A stretch of 63,742 nucleotides of DNA, filler included, from Folioceros fuciformis (GCA_049999805.1; 10 parts of 10 records of this genome joined end to end with filler, not necessarily neighbours in it); one strand, 5' to 3'; positions 1 to 11,447 are shown, counted from the whole stretch's first letter. The notes: generated from the sequence alone by a model not told the origin. Numbers and translations: made by a program.

Positions 1-570
1 ACATAGTTGTCTCTGAGCCTGAGCCTGAGCGCCGGCGACTAGTGGATTAACGCCGTGTACGTTTGTACATAGCCCAAAATTTAGTGCACACCGACACTCA
101 AGAACCTGCTATGACGCAGGAGGGATGTAAAGGAAGGGGGAATATGAAGACGTGAGTCGCACGCAACCCGATGCAACTGCCTTCGGGGTAGCCGACAAGG
201 TATAAATGGCATGGAGATACCCCTTCTCTCGAACCCTGGACATGTAGCTCGATGAGCGTACGCATGTGCACGTATCTCGTCTAGTCACCTCTCATCTCTT
301 GCGTTGCGTGTTCCTTCACCAGTAGGAATCCCCTCTCTTCATTACACTTCCCCATCAAGCCGTTTCCCATCACCTTTCAGGTATCACCTTTCACCTTATC
401 GAGTTCGGTAGCTGTGCACCCTCCGCCTGACGTTACCTCAGCTACCACCTTGCTCTCAGCAGGCACACACTCCAACCACGTCAGCCCAGGCACCCACATC
501 TCCACCTTCTCCAGATATAACTGGGATCAGCATTGGGCAAGCAAGTTTGCAGACCCCACTTTGCTCCTCT

Positions 571-3500
571 CTATTTCAGGTCATTCATGGCCTTGAGGCG
601 CTGCCCCAGATCATAGAGCTCCGAGTACACCTGGGGACTTGCTGGGTGGCTTCTGTCCCCAGCTACGAATGGGTGCACCAGCTCCCCATGCTCCACCCAG
701 CTCAACCCAGGTTCCTTCCACGCACCTGCCCTCCGGCTGCGGTCCTCTATTTCGCAGGCAGCTTCCCACATCTGCAGGCAGGCATACAGGTTGGCCATGA
801 GCAGGTACGGAGCTGCCCGTTTTGGGTCCAGCTGCACTGCAGCCTCGAACGCCCTCCTCCCGAGAGGAATGTTGCTGTGGGTCTGACAGGCGCGCAGAAC
901 AGAGAGCCACAGTGCTATGCTCGGCTGCGGGGGCAGCTCCGACAGCAGGGCTTCTACTTGGGCGAACAGGCCTGCTCGCCCCACGAGATCCACTAGACAA
1001 ACATAGTGCTCCACTCCCACTGAGACGCTGGAGTCGGCGCTCATGGACTCAAAGACCTGGAGGCCTTTTTGCACCATGCCGGAGTGGCTGCAGGCAGTGA
1101 GGACGCACAGGAAGGTGACTCCGTTCGGCTGGATGCCTGACTGCCGCATGTCTTCTAACAACTGCAGGCTTGTTTCAGCTTCTCCATGCCTCGCATACCC
1201 GGCTATCAATGCAGTCCAAGAGAACACGTCTCGGTTCTCGAGTCTGTCGAACACCTGCTGGGCATCCTTCATGCTTCCACGCCTGCAGTAGGTGTGGATG
1301 AGAGTAGTTGCCACCCGAGCGTCAAGCTCCAGCCCAGCTGCAACAATGTCACCATGGATTTGCTGACACAGGTGCAGCGTTCCCGCAGTGCTGCAAGCTC
1401 TGAGGAGACTGAGGAAGGTGGCCTCGTTGGGCCGGACGCCGTTCTGCAGCATCCGCCTGTATAGTTCCACAGCCTGCTCTGCTTGGCTGTGCATGGCATG
1501 CCCTGAGATCATGGCTGTCCAGGTTACCACATCCCGGTTTGCCAACCTCCCGAACACCAGCTCTGCATCTACCATGCTACCGCAAGCTGCGTACATGTCG
1601 ATGAGGCAGTTGGCAACAACTAAATCTGTTGAGTATCCCAGTCTATCGATTTCGTCGTGGACAGACCTGCCCTTGTGTAGACATTCCAGTTTCACCCATC
1701 TGCCGTCTACAAGCGTCGGCTGTTCCATGCCAGCAAGGCTGCCACACGCTGTTAGCACACTGGCAAATGTCCAGTTACTGGGGTTCCATCCTTCCACCTG
1801 CATCTGGGAAAAGAGCTCCAGAGCGTCCTCGCTCTGCCCTTGATGGGCATATCCTGAGATCATAGCATTCCATGAGACAACGTTCCTTTCCGGCATGGTG
1901 TCGAAGATAAGCCCCGCAGCCAATGTGCTTCCACATTTTGCGTACACATCAATAAGAGTGTTGCTCACGAACAAATCTGCCTCACAGCCCTGTCGCACAG
2001 CCTCGGCGTGCGTTGCCTTCACCTTCTCCAGGCAGTGCAATTTCACTTGCCGTCCGTCGACCAGTGTGGCCTCGACACGGGCAGCCAGGCTGCCACATGC
2101 CTTAAGGATGCTCACGATGGTCCGGCTGTCTGGAGGCACACCTGTCTGCTTCATTCTCTCATAAAGTTCTAGAGCCCTCTCCCCTTGCTCTTGCTCGACG
2201 TATCCTGTGATCATCGTTGTCCAAGAAACCACATTGCGGTGGGACAAAGTGGCAAACACACGGCATGCATCATCCATGCTTCCACATTTCACATACATGT
2301 CAATTAGGGCAGTAGCAACATGCGGGTCCGACTCGCAGCCCTTTCTTACAATTGCATCATGAATCTGCCTACCTGTGTCCAGGGAGTGTGGTTTGATCCG
2401 CTTCCCATTCCGGATTGTAGATTTCTCCACGGATGCAAGACATGCGCAGGCTTTTAGCACGCTGACGAAGGTTAGATTGTCTGGTCTTATCCCGCGTTTC
2501 TCCATCTGTGCATATAGTTGCAAAGCCATCTCCCCCTGGCATTGGTCTGTGTATCCTGTGATCATGCTCGTCCAGGCCACCACGCTGCTTGAGGGCACTG
2601 AGCTTAACACTTGCAACGCATCCATCATGCTGCCACAGTTTGCATACATGTCAACAAGAGAGTTGGCCACAAACGGATCACGTTCATGACCAGCCTCAAC
2701 GACTTTAGTATGGATCTCCTTACCAGTATAAAGGCTGCTTAGTTTGACAGCCTGTCCGTCTGTGAGAGTGGGTGGCTCTGAGGATGCCAGGGCACTACAT
2801 GCCTTCAAGACACACACCCAGGTCCGACTGCTTGGCGTGACACCTTCCTGCTGCATTTCAGCATACAGTTGCAAGGCCTTGTCTCCGTGTTCTTGCTGCA
2901 CATACCCAGATATCATTGCGTTCCAGGAGACAACATTCCGGTGAGGCAAAGTGTCAAAGACATGCTTTGCTTCTGTGATGCCCCCACAATTTGCATACAT
3001 GTCTATTAGTGTGTTCCCCACAAAAGCATCTGCTTCATACCCTCTACTGACAATGGTCGCATGTATGACCTTCCCTTTCTGCAAGCAACTCATTTTTACT
3101 GGTTCCGATTGCCTGAAAGTGGCCTCTTCCAGCAAAGCCAAGTTTCCACATGCCTTCAGTACGCTAACAAAGGTCCAGTGGTCTGGCCTTACACCCTCCT
3201 CCTGCATCTGGTCGTATAGTTGCAAAGCTTTCTTACTTTCTCCGTGCTCCGCATAACCAGCCAGAAGAGCGTTCCACAAAACCACACTGCTATGTGGCAA
3301 CCTGTTAAAGACATGACGTGCATCCGCCATGTTGCCACACTGCGCATACATGTCAACAAGAGTTGTTCCCACGAAAATATTCATTTCATAGCCCCTCCTG
3401 ATCACGACACGGTGCATCTCCTTGGCCCTTTGCAGACATTTAACCTTTACAACAACTCCATTTGCAGGTGTGGCTTCTTCCACAGCTGCCAAGTTGCCAT

Positions 3501-4485
3501 ATGCTTTCATCACACTCACCAAAGTCCAACTATCTGGCTCCACACCTTCGTCCTGCATCTGGGCATACAATTGCAAGGCACACTCAGACTGCTCTTGCTG
3601 GGCATACCCTGCAATCACTGCATTCCATGTCACCACATCACGTTCAGACAAAGTGTCAAACACTCGTCGTGCATCCACCATGCTCCCACATTTAGCGTAC
3701 ATACCAACCAACGCGGTCCCTACAAACAAGTCAGACTCGCACTTATACCTTTGCCCATCAGCGTGAATACTTTTCCCAAGTTCCAAGTCTGCTAAGCTAC
3801 TGCAAGCTTTCAGCAGGGTCACGAAGGTATACTTGCTGGGCTCCACCCCTTCATCTTGCATACGCTGATAATGCTTCAGAGCTTCCTGCTCTTGACCCGC
3901 CTTAACATAGGCCGAAATAATGGCTGTCCAAGAAAAAGCAGTTCGCTCAGGCAATCTGTTGAAAACACGGAGACCATCTGAAAGACTCTTACATTGAACG
4001 AACATGTCAACGACGGCCTCGCCAAGATACGTGTCCAACTCAATTGCGTATATACAAATATATGAATGTAATCGCTTAGCTTCAGCTAACACCTTCCTCT
4101 TGCTGCACGCTCGCACCAGGTAAGCACAAGTTGCAGTGGAAGGCAAGGTACCCTGCTTACTGATGCCGTGCATGAAATCCAACGCCTCCTGCATTCGTCC
4201 TTCATCACACAGGCTCTTTAACCTCACCATGTGAGAATTTCCTTCTGTCCCGAGGGACGAGACCTGCGGCCCTGACTCAGACCTCTTACCTATGGCATTC
4301 TGCGTCCCCTCAGAAGACTGCTGTTCGCGAAATTGCAAGAACTGTGGAGAAGCTGAATGCTCGACAGCCAAGTTGATATACATATCGCCCACAACGTGCT
4401 GTGCAGAGAACATCACAGTTCTGGATATGTACTTGCTCAACCTTCCCAGGTGAGCTGTTAAAAGCTCAAGTATCTGCAGTGGCAT
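571..4485 (-). CDS. PLS-class pentatricopeptide repeat protein, E+ subclass (organellar RNA-editing specificity factor), with elongated L motifs
   Basis: Intronless ORF of repeated P-L-S triplets (e.g. ERDVVTWNAVIAGYAQQ, TFVSVLKAC, LVDMYAKCG), then P2-L2-S2, E1 (IALWLSVLRACQTHSN), E2 and PG-box/E+ (KEPGLSWVEHGELVHPFVAGDRSHP). No HxE/CxxC deaminase motifs and no DYW end. The ORF-track start at 4641 is GTG; the first ATG is at 4485 and the true start is uncertain (4230 is an alternative). Confidence 0.93.
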   Translation of the reverse strand: MPLQILELLTAHLGRLSKYISRTVMFSAQHVVGDMYINLAVEHSASPQFLQFREQQSSEGTQNAIGKRSESGPQVSSLGTEGNSHMVRLKSLCDEGRMQEALDFMHGISKQGTLPSTATCAYLVRACSKRKVLAEAKRLHSYICIYAIELDTYLGEAVVDMFVQCKSLSDGLRVFNRLPERTAFSWTAIISAYVKAGQEQEALKHYQRMQDEGVEPSKYTFVTLLKACSSLADLELGKSIHADGQRYKCESDLFVGTALVGMYAKCGSMVDARRVFDTLSERDVVTWNAVIAGYAQQEQSECALQLYAQMQDEGVEPDSWTLVSVMKAYGNLAAVEEATPANGVVVKVKCLQRAKEMHRVVIRRGYEMNIFVGTTLVDMYAQCGNMADARHVFNRLPHSSVVLWNALLAGYAEHGESKKALQLYDQMQEEGVRPDHWTFVSVLKACGNLALLEEATFRQSEPVKMSCLQKGKVIHATIVSRGYEADAFVGNTLIDMYANCGGITEAKHVFDTLPHRNVVSWNAMISGYVQQEHGDKALQLYAEMQQEGVTPSSRTWVCVLKACSALASSEPPTLTDGQAVKLSSLYTGKEIHTKVVEAGHERDPFVANSLVDMYANCGSMMDALQVLSSVPSSSVVAWTSMITGYTDQCQGEMALQLYAQMEKRGIRPDNLTFVSVLKACACLASVEKSTIRNGKRIKPHSLDTGRQIHDAIVRKGCESDPHVATALIDMYVKCGSMDDACRVFATLSHRNVVSWTTMITGYVEQEQGERALELYERMKQTGVPPDSRTIVSILKACGSLAARVEATLVDGRQVKLHCLEKVKATHAEAVRQGCEADLFVSNTLIDVYAKCGSTLAAGLIFDTMPERNVVSWNAMISGYAHQGQSEDALELFSQMQVEGWNPSNWTFASVLTACGSLAGMEQPTLVDGRWVKLECLHKGRSVHDEIDRLGYSTDLVVANCLIDMYAACGSMVDAELVFGRLANRDVVTWTAMISGHAMHSQAEQAVELYRRMLQNGVRPNEATFLSLLRACSTAGTLHLCQQIHGDIVAAGLELDARVATTLIHTYCRRGSMKDAQQVFDRLENRDVFSWTALIAGYARHGEAETSLQLLEDMRQSGIQPNGVTFLCVLTACSHSGMVQKGLQVFESMSADSSVSVGVEHYVCLVDLVGRAGLFAQVEALLSELPPQPSIALWLSVLRACQTHSNIPLGRRAFEAAVQLDPKRAAPYLLMANLYACLQMWEAACEIEDRSRRAGAWKEPGLSWVEHGELVHPFVAGDRSHPASPQVYSELYDLGQRLKAMNDLK

Positions 4486-5199
4486 GGAAAGGGGCCATGT
4501 TTTGAAATGGCAGAGGCTGGTCGTCCCGCCTGTGATTTCGCAGTAGGCCCACAAGGTCCTGACATTCCGACTGACAGCATACAAGTGTCCTACACAGACC
4601 ACTAAGAGAACATACAAGATACTGCCTGCTCTCCTGACCACCAGGTTGCAACGCCATAGTGTAAGAAGACAAGGAATTTGGGCGGTATTCTAATGGACTC
4701 TAAGTTGAACCGCAAATGCAGAAGATGTGGAAGGGTGAAACGTTCCGCTTCCGTGTCCGACGATCTCTGTCTCATTGGTACAGGCCGGCTCGAAGCATCT
4801 TGGGGCTGCAAAAACGACTTCCACGGTTTCGGAGACGGAGATCACCTCTTGTCCATCACCCGAAGAGGACGAGTCGCAAATTGATTTTTTTTCATTCCAC
4901 TGAATGTCATTTCAGCGATGCACGAATAATAGGAGAGGACACGAAAGGTACAAACTTAGGCTTCGACCACCTAGGTGCCCAAGCCATGCCGGATAAAAGG
5001 TGGGACTGGCAGAAAACTACAGGCCATCAAACTTGGCGTGCGGAGCCCCTGATTCTTTCCCCTGCGCAAGTTTGCTCCCTTTCTCAAGATGAAAGCATTT
5101 AACAAAAATCCGGGGACGACGGCAGATTCCTGAAATCGCAGCATTTGAGGGGCAGGATCGGCTGCTTCTACCCAGTGATGACAGGCAGCAATGAAGACC

Positions 5200-6656
5200 C
5201 TAAGAGGCATCCATATTGTGGTCCATCGAGGCAGTGATTCCACCAAAACTGTTGCCTGAAACGCCTTGCTCTGGTCTCACGGCGCTGAAGACGAAGTTGC
5301 TGGAACCAAAGCTATTGGAGCCTGCAGTAAGCGGAAGCACAGTGCTTGGAGAGGACACTGGGGGCTGAGCAAACACTGGGACAGAGGCTGTTGGAGATGG
5401 AGAAAGGTAGCCGAAGGACCCAAAGGAGTTTGCTACTGGAGCCGAAATGCCTTGACTGACACGGCTCCCAAACACTTCAATTTCAAAATCCTGAAGCTGC
5501 TGGACAACCCCTGTGGAATGTGGAGCATCGTATTGTACGTCAAGGATCCAAGCGAACGCAATCTGACGCTGAGTCACAAATTCAATCTTGAAGGCAATAC
5601 GTCACATAATCACCTTGACTTAGATTGATCGCTGGTCTGCGGTCTTTCACCCATTGATAACTTTGAGCAAGCGGCCACTTCTTGTACCTCATTAAATAGG
5701 CGATCACGATGGCCGGGGATCTAGCAGTTAAACAACATTATGCACTGTGAGAGACAGTGAGCAACATCGACGCAAGAAATGAACGACCACACACACCTGG
5801 GAACGCACTCACTTGGTTTGTCCCGACATGCAGTGCACCAACACCCGAGCTTTCTCCCTCCTGCTTTGTTCTGCAGAGAGCGCGGCATAATCAACCAACA
5901 TGCTTTGAAGAGGAAAGTGAAGGGCTATGGTCCCAAGACATCAACTCCGACGGTATCCTTTTCAAAATACAGAGAGTCACAGGCGGTCGGAACAACCTGA
6001 GCTCATAACTTCAGACTGCAACACGACAAAAGTGGCGAGTTGCCCCCTTACCAATGAACTCCAAGCACTCGTCAAGAGGCAGGTGCTTGTCCTCCTTGAG
6101 AGCATGATAAGTAAATGAGTTCTTATACAGGTTTTGACAACCAGGCACCGCCTGCAAAACCGTCAGTGCAGTGACGTCAAAGATAGCGCAGGGCCTCAGA
6201 GACCTTGTTGCACTGAGGCATCAATTCTACAATGATGCAGAACGGCCCCTGCACCCGTTCCCCTTGACCTAACAATCAGTGGTAACCATCCCAACGGTCT
6301 TGCATACGTGATCGTAGATCTACACCAGTGGTGCCATGACCCGACCTAGCTCCACCACATCTGGCAAGCATCTCACCGGCTCTCCACCAACATCAGCATA
6401 GATGCAGGGCTCAAGAACTTACATTCAAAATATGCGTAATCCCCTGAGCCTTGAGCAGCTCGGACCGGGACGCATTGTCATAGCTTCCAAGATACAAAAA
6501 CGAAGGAATAATCTCAGTTGAGAATGCGCTTTGCTGCGGGCCCTTCTCCGTCGGTACCTGTAACCGATGACCGCACACACCACAAACCTCCCCGTCTTCG
6601 TACTTATGGTAATGATTGCACACATAACACGGATTCTCCCGCTCGCGCTTCCTCAT
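5200..6656 (-). CDS. IBR5: IBR5-like dual-specificity (MAPK) phosphatase, 5 exons: 6656-6423, 6151-6052, 5870-5813, 5720-5614, 5510-5200
   Basis: N-terminus MRKRERENPCYVCNHYHKYEDGEVCGVCGH and LYLGSYDNASRSELLK closely match IBR5. GT-AG introns join in frame (810 nt) to give AVPGCQNLYKNSFTYH, ARVLVHCMSGQTKSPAIVIAYLM, WVKDRRP and QQLQDFE, ending MDAS*. Confidence 0.93.
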
Positions 6657-7719
6657 GCTGGCTCCCCACGCACAGCGCCGCCTCGCTCCCCTTCCAGTTC
6701 CACAAAGCACTTCAGAATTTTTCCACCTGCCTGACCACGGCCTGGTCCACCGAATTGGTCATACTAGTCTGACCGTGTGTGGACGACCCTCGGCAGACTT
6801 ACAGCTCATGCGGAGTCTGCCACCAGCTTCTACACACCAAACAGTGCATGCAGCATATTTCCGCTGTTTCCGGATCGGAAGGCTCACTTTCAGATCTTGC
6901 GCGGGCTCAACCTCCTGTGCAACATTCGCACCCTTGTGTTGCGGCTTCCAAAACAAAAACCTGGTTGCATATCATACAGGAAAACGACTGCCAGCTAAAC
7001 GAGAGCCTCTTTGCCCTTCAAACCCTTAGAGGCTACTCTAGCAGTAGCCGCTGCTGCAGAATGCCCGGGCAATCGTATAATCTGGCCGCCAATACCATCG
7101 TGTGTTCAATACCCCTCCGTTTTCAACTTTTCATACCAACACGGCGGCTTGCGATTTCGCCGGCTACGGATCCTCCACTACATCATTCTGTAAAAACTTC
7201 CTACTATTCTCTATGTATATAAAATATAATCTTATGTTCACTATATCCAGTAACCATTACTGAACATAACATTGAAATGGAAAACTAAGATTCAAAGATT
7301 AAAAAGAAAAAAATCTTCTTCTCCAAGAATAGACAGAAGGGAAAAAGAATAGACACAACAAGAAGGACTAGCTCCCAACAGCATCTTATGCATGGTGACA
7401 AGAGAATTGAAAGAGTTCATGTATCAAGCCACTCGATAGAGACATGGTGGTGGCTGCCTTCCTTCTCTATGCTTGCTATGTTTTGTAAATGGCACCTTCT
7501 AAAGAGTAATGCAAACCTATTGTCAAAAACAAAGGAGGACTGGACTTCGTTCTCCTTCTCTCTATTATGTACCTTGAGATGGACACTTAGGGTCAAAACT
7601 AGAACTATTGCACCTTCTCCAATTTTCATATAAGTCTCGAAAAGTTTGATAATCAAGTTATGCAAGCTCTCGGGGACATCATAGGTCCCCTCACCTTCGA
7701 GTATGTCGTCAGTAATTTG

Positions 7720-8600
7720 GCTCATAAGCATGCTTCCTTGCCAATTACCTTTGGGAGGTTGGTCTTTTAGTCATGAAGGCCTATAGCCCAACTACCTTTC
7801 TCGGTAGCTGCGCCCTTTCGTCTCTAATTTTGGCCTCTCGTGTTTTGCTGCAAGATTCCCCTTTTCTTCAAGGTTTTATCTCAAGTGTTGAGGAGGGCGT
7901 TTTTCCCTTTACAAGTATCTCTTAGGCAAGCGAGAGACTCTTTACCTTTGGAGGATCGTGAGGCTCTACCTCCTTTCACCTCATTTTCTAGGGAAGGGTT
8001 GAGGGGTCCCTCTTGGAAAAACAATGTGATCAAGCACTAAGATCCCTTCTTTCGGACTTATACATCCCTAGGTCTTCTCGGGCTTGTATTTGCTCTTGTT
8101 CAAGTAAAGTAGCAGGCTCTTGGCTTTTGGCTCGACCTTGCAGCTAGGCATTTCAAATTGCACCAGCAACTTTCGCCACCACGATGAGATTTCACTGAGG
8201 TTTGGCCCATCCCTTGGCTTTCTCTCTCTCTACATGTAGTTGTGGGGTTGCCATGGTCGACACAGTGTCCCATTTGGCATGTTTTCCTGTCGAGGGCATC
8301 GCATTGCTACCCATGATGTAGTTCGGGATATCATGTTCTCAATGGCTAAGGAGTATGGGTTTCTTCCGTATAGGGAGTGTCTATATACTTTGTGTAACGG
8401 AGTTTCAATTAGAGCCGATCTTTTTTTCACTGAGGAGGAACAGGTTTGTGTCGCTAATGTGGTTGTTACGGATTCCACTAGGGATTCGATTTGCAAGTAT
8501 GTCTTCACGAACCTCTCTGATTGGCGGCAGATGCTTGTGTGTGAACGATCTAATGACTAGAAACCCCCTACTGAGGTGCGCGTTGGAGTTATTTTTTGTT
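7720..8600 (+). mobile_element. Degenerate CRE-like non-LTR retrotransposon 3' fragment (post-RT region, zinc finger and restriction-like endonuclease)
   Basis: Manual translation gives SRACICSCSSKVAGSWLLARP*..F...MRFH*GLAHPL..TCSCG....D..SHLAC, then a frameshift to GHRIATHDVVRDIM...IRADLFF...VANVVVTD. This is the AGxWLxAxP / CxCG..H..C / RHD..PD..D layout of RLE-type LINEs. Stops and a frameshift are present. Confidence 0.7.
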
Positions 8601-8976
8601 CTTTTTTTTGCTAAGTTTGGTATGAAATCGAGTTAGCATGTGAGTAGGCTAAGGTATTTATACTCAAAGGCTCCTTGGTCTATGAATTTAGTTTTGAGTT
8701 TGATTTTACCAATAATTGGTCCTTGGACCAGGGGGCTGATTGTTCCTTGGCCTTTGGCCTTTGAACAATTTCCAAAAGCCTTTATAAGGGAGGCACCCCA
8801 TAGTTGAAGAGTCAGTTTGTGATTGGGGTCAGCTCGGGAGTACGGTGTCATAGTCTGTGGACTTAGTCTGAGAAGGAAGGTAGTCGAAGCTCGACGACAG
8901 TCGCGGAAGGTGGGAAGCGGTCGCAGAAGGGCCAACCGGTAGTGGAAGCCGGTGGCGGTCGTGGAAACAAGAATGA

Positions 8977-9076
8977 NNNNNNNNNNNNNNNNNNNNNNNN
9001 NNNNNNNNNNNNNNNNNNNNTTAATTAATTAANNNNNNNNNNNNNNNNNNNNNNNNNNNNNNNNNNNNNNNNNNNN
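8977..9076. other. Artificial contig-join spacer; identical spacers at 12316-12415, 15564-15663, 17233-17332, 23089-23188, 38336-38435, 40944-41043, 49060-49159 and 60491-60590
   Basis: Exactly 44 N + TTAATTAATTAA (stops in all six frames) + 44 N, repeated nine times. Confidence 0.98.
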
Positions 9077-9515
9077 CATCTACACCTAAAGAGGTGAGAC
9101 ACACACCACCATAGGTGACCGTGTCACCCATAGACAGGAAAACAAGATGGGAAATTGAGGTTCCACAGATAGGGAAACAAGATGGAAAACTGAGGTTTCA
9201 TAGATAGGAAAACAAGTTGGGAACATGGAAACCCATCTACCCCTAAAGAGTTGAGACACACACCACCATAGGTGACCATGTCACTCATAGACACGAAAAC
9301 AAGATGGGAAACTGAGGTTCCATGGATAGAAAAACAAGATTTGGGAACATGGAAACCCATCTACCCCTGAAGAATTGAGACACACACCACCAAAGGTGAC
9401 CATGTCACTCATAGACACGAAAACAAGATGGAAAATTGAGGTTCCATAAGTAGGAAAACAAACAAGAAATCGAGGTTACATGGATAGAAAAACAAGATGT
9501 GATACACCACCATAG
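9077..9515. repeat. Compound tandem repeat (about 125-160 bp units built from about 35 bp subunits)
   Basis: CATCTAC.CCT.AAGA..TGAGACACACACCACCA.AGGTGACC.TGTCAC.CATAGACA recurs at about 9077, 9234 and 9358, with AAAACAAGATGG.AAA.TGAGGTT subrepeats between. Confidence 0.85.
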
Positions 9516-10952
9516 GTATTTAGGTCACCAAGGGCTAGCCGCTGAACCTCAAAACTTACGATAGTACCTAATATATACACCTAATATATATAGTAAATAA
9601 TATTATATGATTTAGTAAATTAAATATTTATTTTATTTTTAAAAATAATTAAAACAAATTATTAATTTGTAAAATACAAGCTCTATTACATGATATTTTT
9701 CCTATTGTGGTTATAACCAGGCAATGATTGGTGCAACACGAAAAATGCAGATATGAGGATTCACCATAAAGGTCTAGCAGGTTTTTTCAAGGTCTTGTAA
9801 TTTCTTTCTACATATTTTGATGTTTATGAGTGGTCATCATGTCTTGGGTTCTTCCATCCACGCAATGTGACGGCACAAGATCTTCCCCATGACAGACGTG
9901 CCACCATATAAAACAGGTACTAGGCTTCCGAGGTCAGGCCCAGTAGGTGATGAGAGAGTGCACAGAACATGTGTCATTCGCACGTACTCCGAACCAAAGA
10001 TATATACATATGTACGCAGGAAAGCAGGAACGCGGCTATGTTACCTGCACCTTGCGTCCCGCACGAATGAGGAGTATACAGGAGCGGGGCATCGCACGTC
10101 TGGTTGCTAAAACTTGGAGATGGAGGAGGTTGTGGACTGGACCTAAATTATGTCCGGGACTTGCAGATCGCTCACGGCAACTGTCATGGTCGCCACTCTC
10201 GGGGCTAGAGTGTCACTTCAATTTACGAGGGGATGGCGTACCAAACCATCGCTGGCAAGGAGATCAAGACAACAACTTCGATTAGTTTGTGCTTCCGTGG
10301 GACGGGGGACGAGTCTTAGTACTGTGTTCCCAAGGGAGACTGTTCTTTACCAAACCGTACTTCAGGATCCCGAGTTCCACTTCCTGCAACGAAACCCCGT
10401 GAGGATGTCAGTCCAGAAGCTATCCGGGAGTGGAAGATGAGCGGCAGGAGATGGCGCATCGCTAGACAGGGACACCATAGTGTGGATCAAAGTGAACCGG
10501 ACCACTTGCTGAAAAAGCAGTACACTTCGCTCACTACATATATAAGCTTCCGCAGGCTGTACCAGCTAGCTATTGTGATGGAAGACAGCAGTGCCAAGGC
10601 CGAATGCCAGGGAGAAGAAGCCTAACTACGCAAAAGAATTGGTCATAGTTTACAATTTGCCGACAGAGGGACTCACACGACCAGACAGAGTCACCTATGC
10701 CTTGTTATACATGAATGAAGCCTACGTCAATCGACTCTCCTCTCACACGAGACGTCCTCACCGGGCGGCAGCAGCGCAACGCCATTCACTTCCAGATTCC
10801 CTCTGGGCCGTTGCCGTGTGAATCCAGAGGTAGCAGTGCTAGGGAGGCGGGGCAGGCACCAGGAGCCATGCCACGGTGAAGAGCCACAGCAGGGAGGAAG
10901 GGGGGGCCACAGCTCTCGAAGCCTCTCCCCGAAAATTAGGCCTGGCAGCGAA

Positions 10953-11447
10953 TCATGCTGACAGGTCTCCCTCGCTGTCTGTGAAAAAATGGAGGAGGTC
11001 GGACAATCCCATGGACTCGGACGCCGGGTCCCCGCTGCTGATGAGGAGGAGCAAGTGCTCGAAGATGAGGTCCTGGCACGGAATGTGCAGTCCGCCTTGC
11101 TGATGATACCCGAACTCCTCCACAGACTTGTCGAGCAAGGCCCGGAACAAGCCGTGGCGCAAATACGCCGCGGGAATGACATAGCGCTTCTCCCGCTCCC
11201 CGACATAGACGGCGAGGCAGCCGGCGGGGACGTCATTCGGCGCGTAGTCCAGGTTGCAGTCATCGTCCAACTCGGAATCGGAATTGGCCGCGTCGAGAAG
11301 GCGCGTCCTCCCGCTCCAGGAGGAGGAGTCGTAATACACGTCCTCCGCCATACGGTCCTTCCGCGCCAGCCTGCGCACCGCCATGAGGAGGCGGGCAACC
11401 TTGCCTACCTTTCTCCCGCCCGCGCTCCTTCTCGCCGTCGCATACAT
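10953..11447 (-). CDS. SAUR: SAUR (small auxin-up RNA) family protein
   Basis: Intronless. Contains the auxin-inducible domain [53 protein letters not shown]. First ATG at 11447 (the ORF-track start at 11546 is GTG). Confidence 0.92.
   Translation of the reverse strand: MYATARRSAGGRKVGKVARLLMAVRRLARKDRMAEDVYYDSSSWSGRTRLLDAANSDSELDDDCNLDYAPNDVPAGCLAVYVGEREKRYVIPAAYLRHGLFRALLDKSVEEFGYHQQGGLHIPCQDLIFEHLLLLISSGDPASESMGLSDLLHFFTDSEGDLSA

Noticed and set aside
547..3795. Many plus-strand ORFs antisense to the PPR gene (likewise within the GRAS, SAUR, protease and second PPR genes)
   Set aside because: Shadow ORFs expected from codon bias in long coding regions; no independent motifs.
8977..9076. 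Recurrent TTAATTAATTAA motif flanked by Ns
   Set aside because: Artificial six-frame-stop linker used to concatenate contigs; not biological.
5200..11447. Apparent auxin gene cluster (IBR5 plus SAUR)
   Set aside because: The genes are on different contigs separated by a spacer, so linkage is unsupported.
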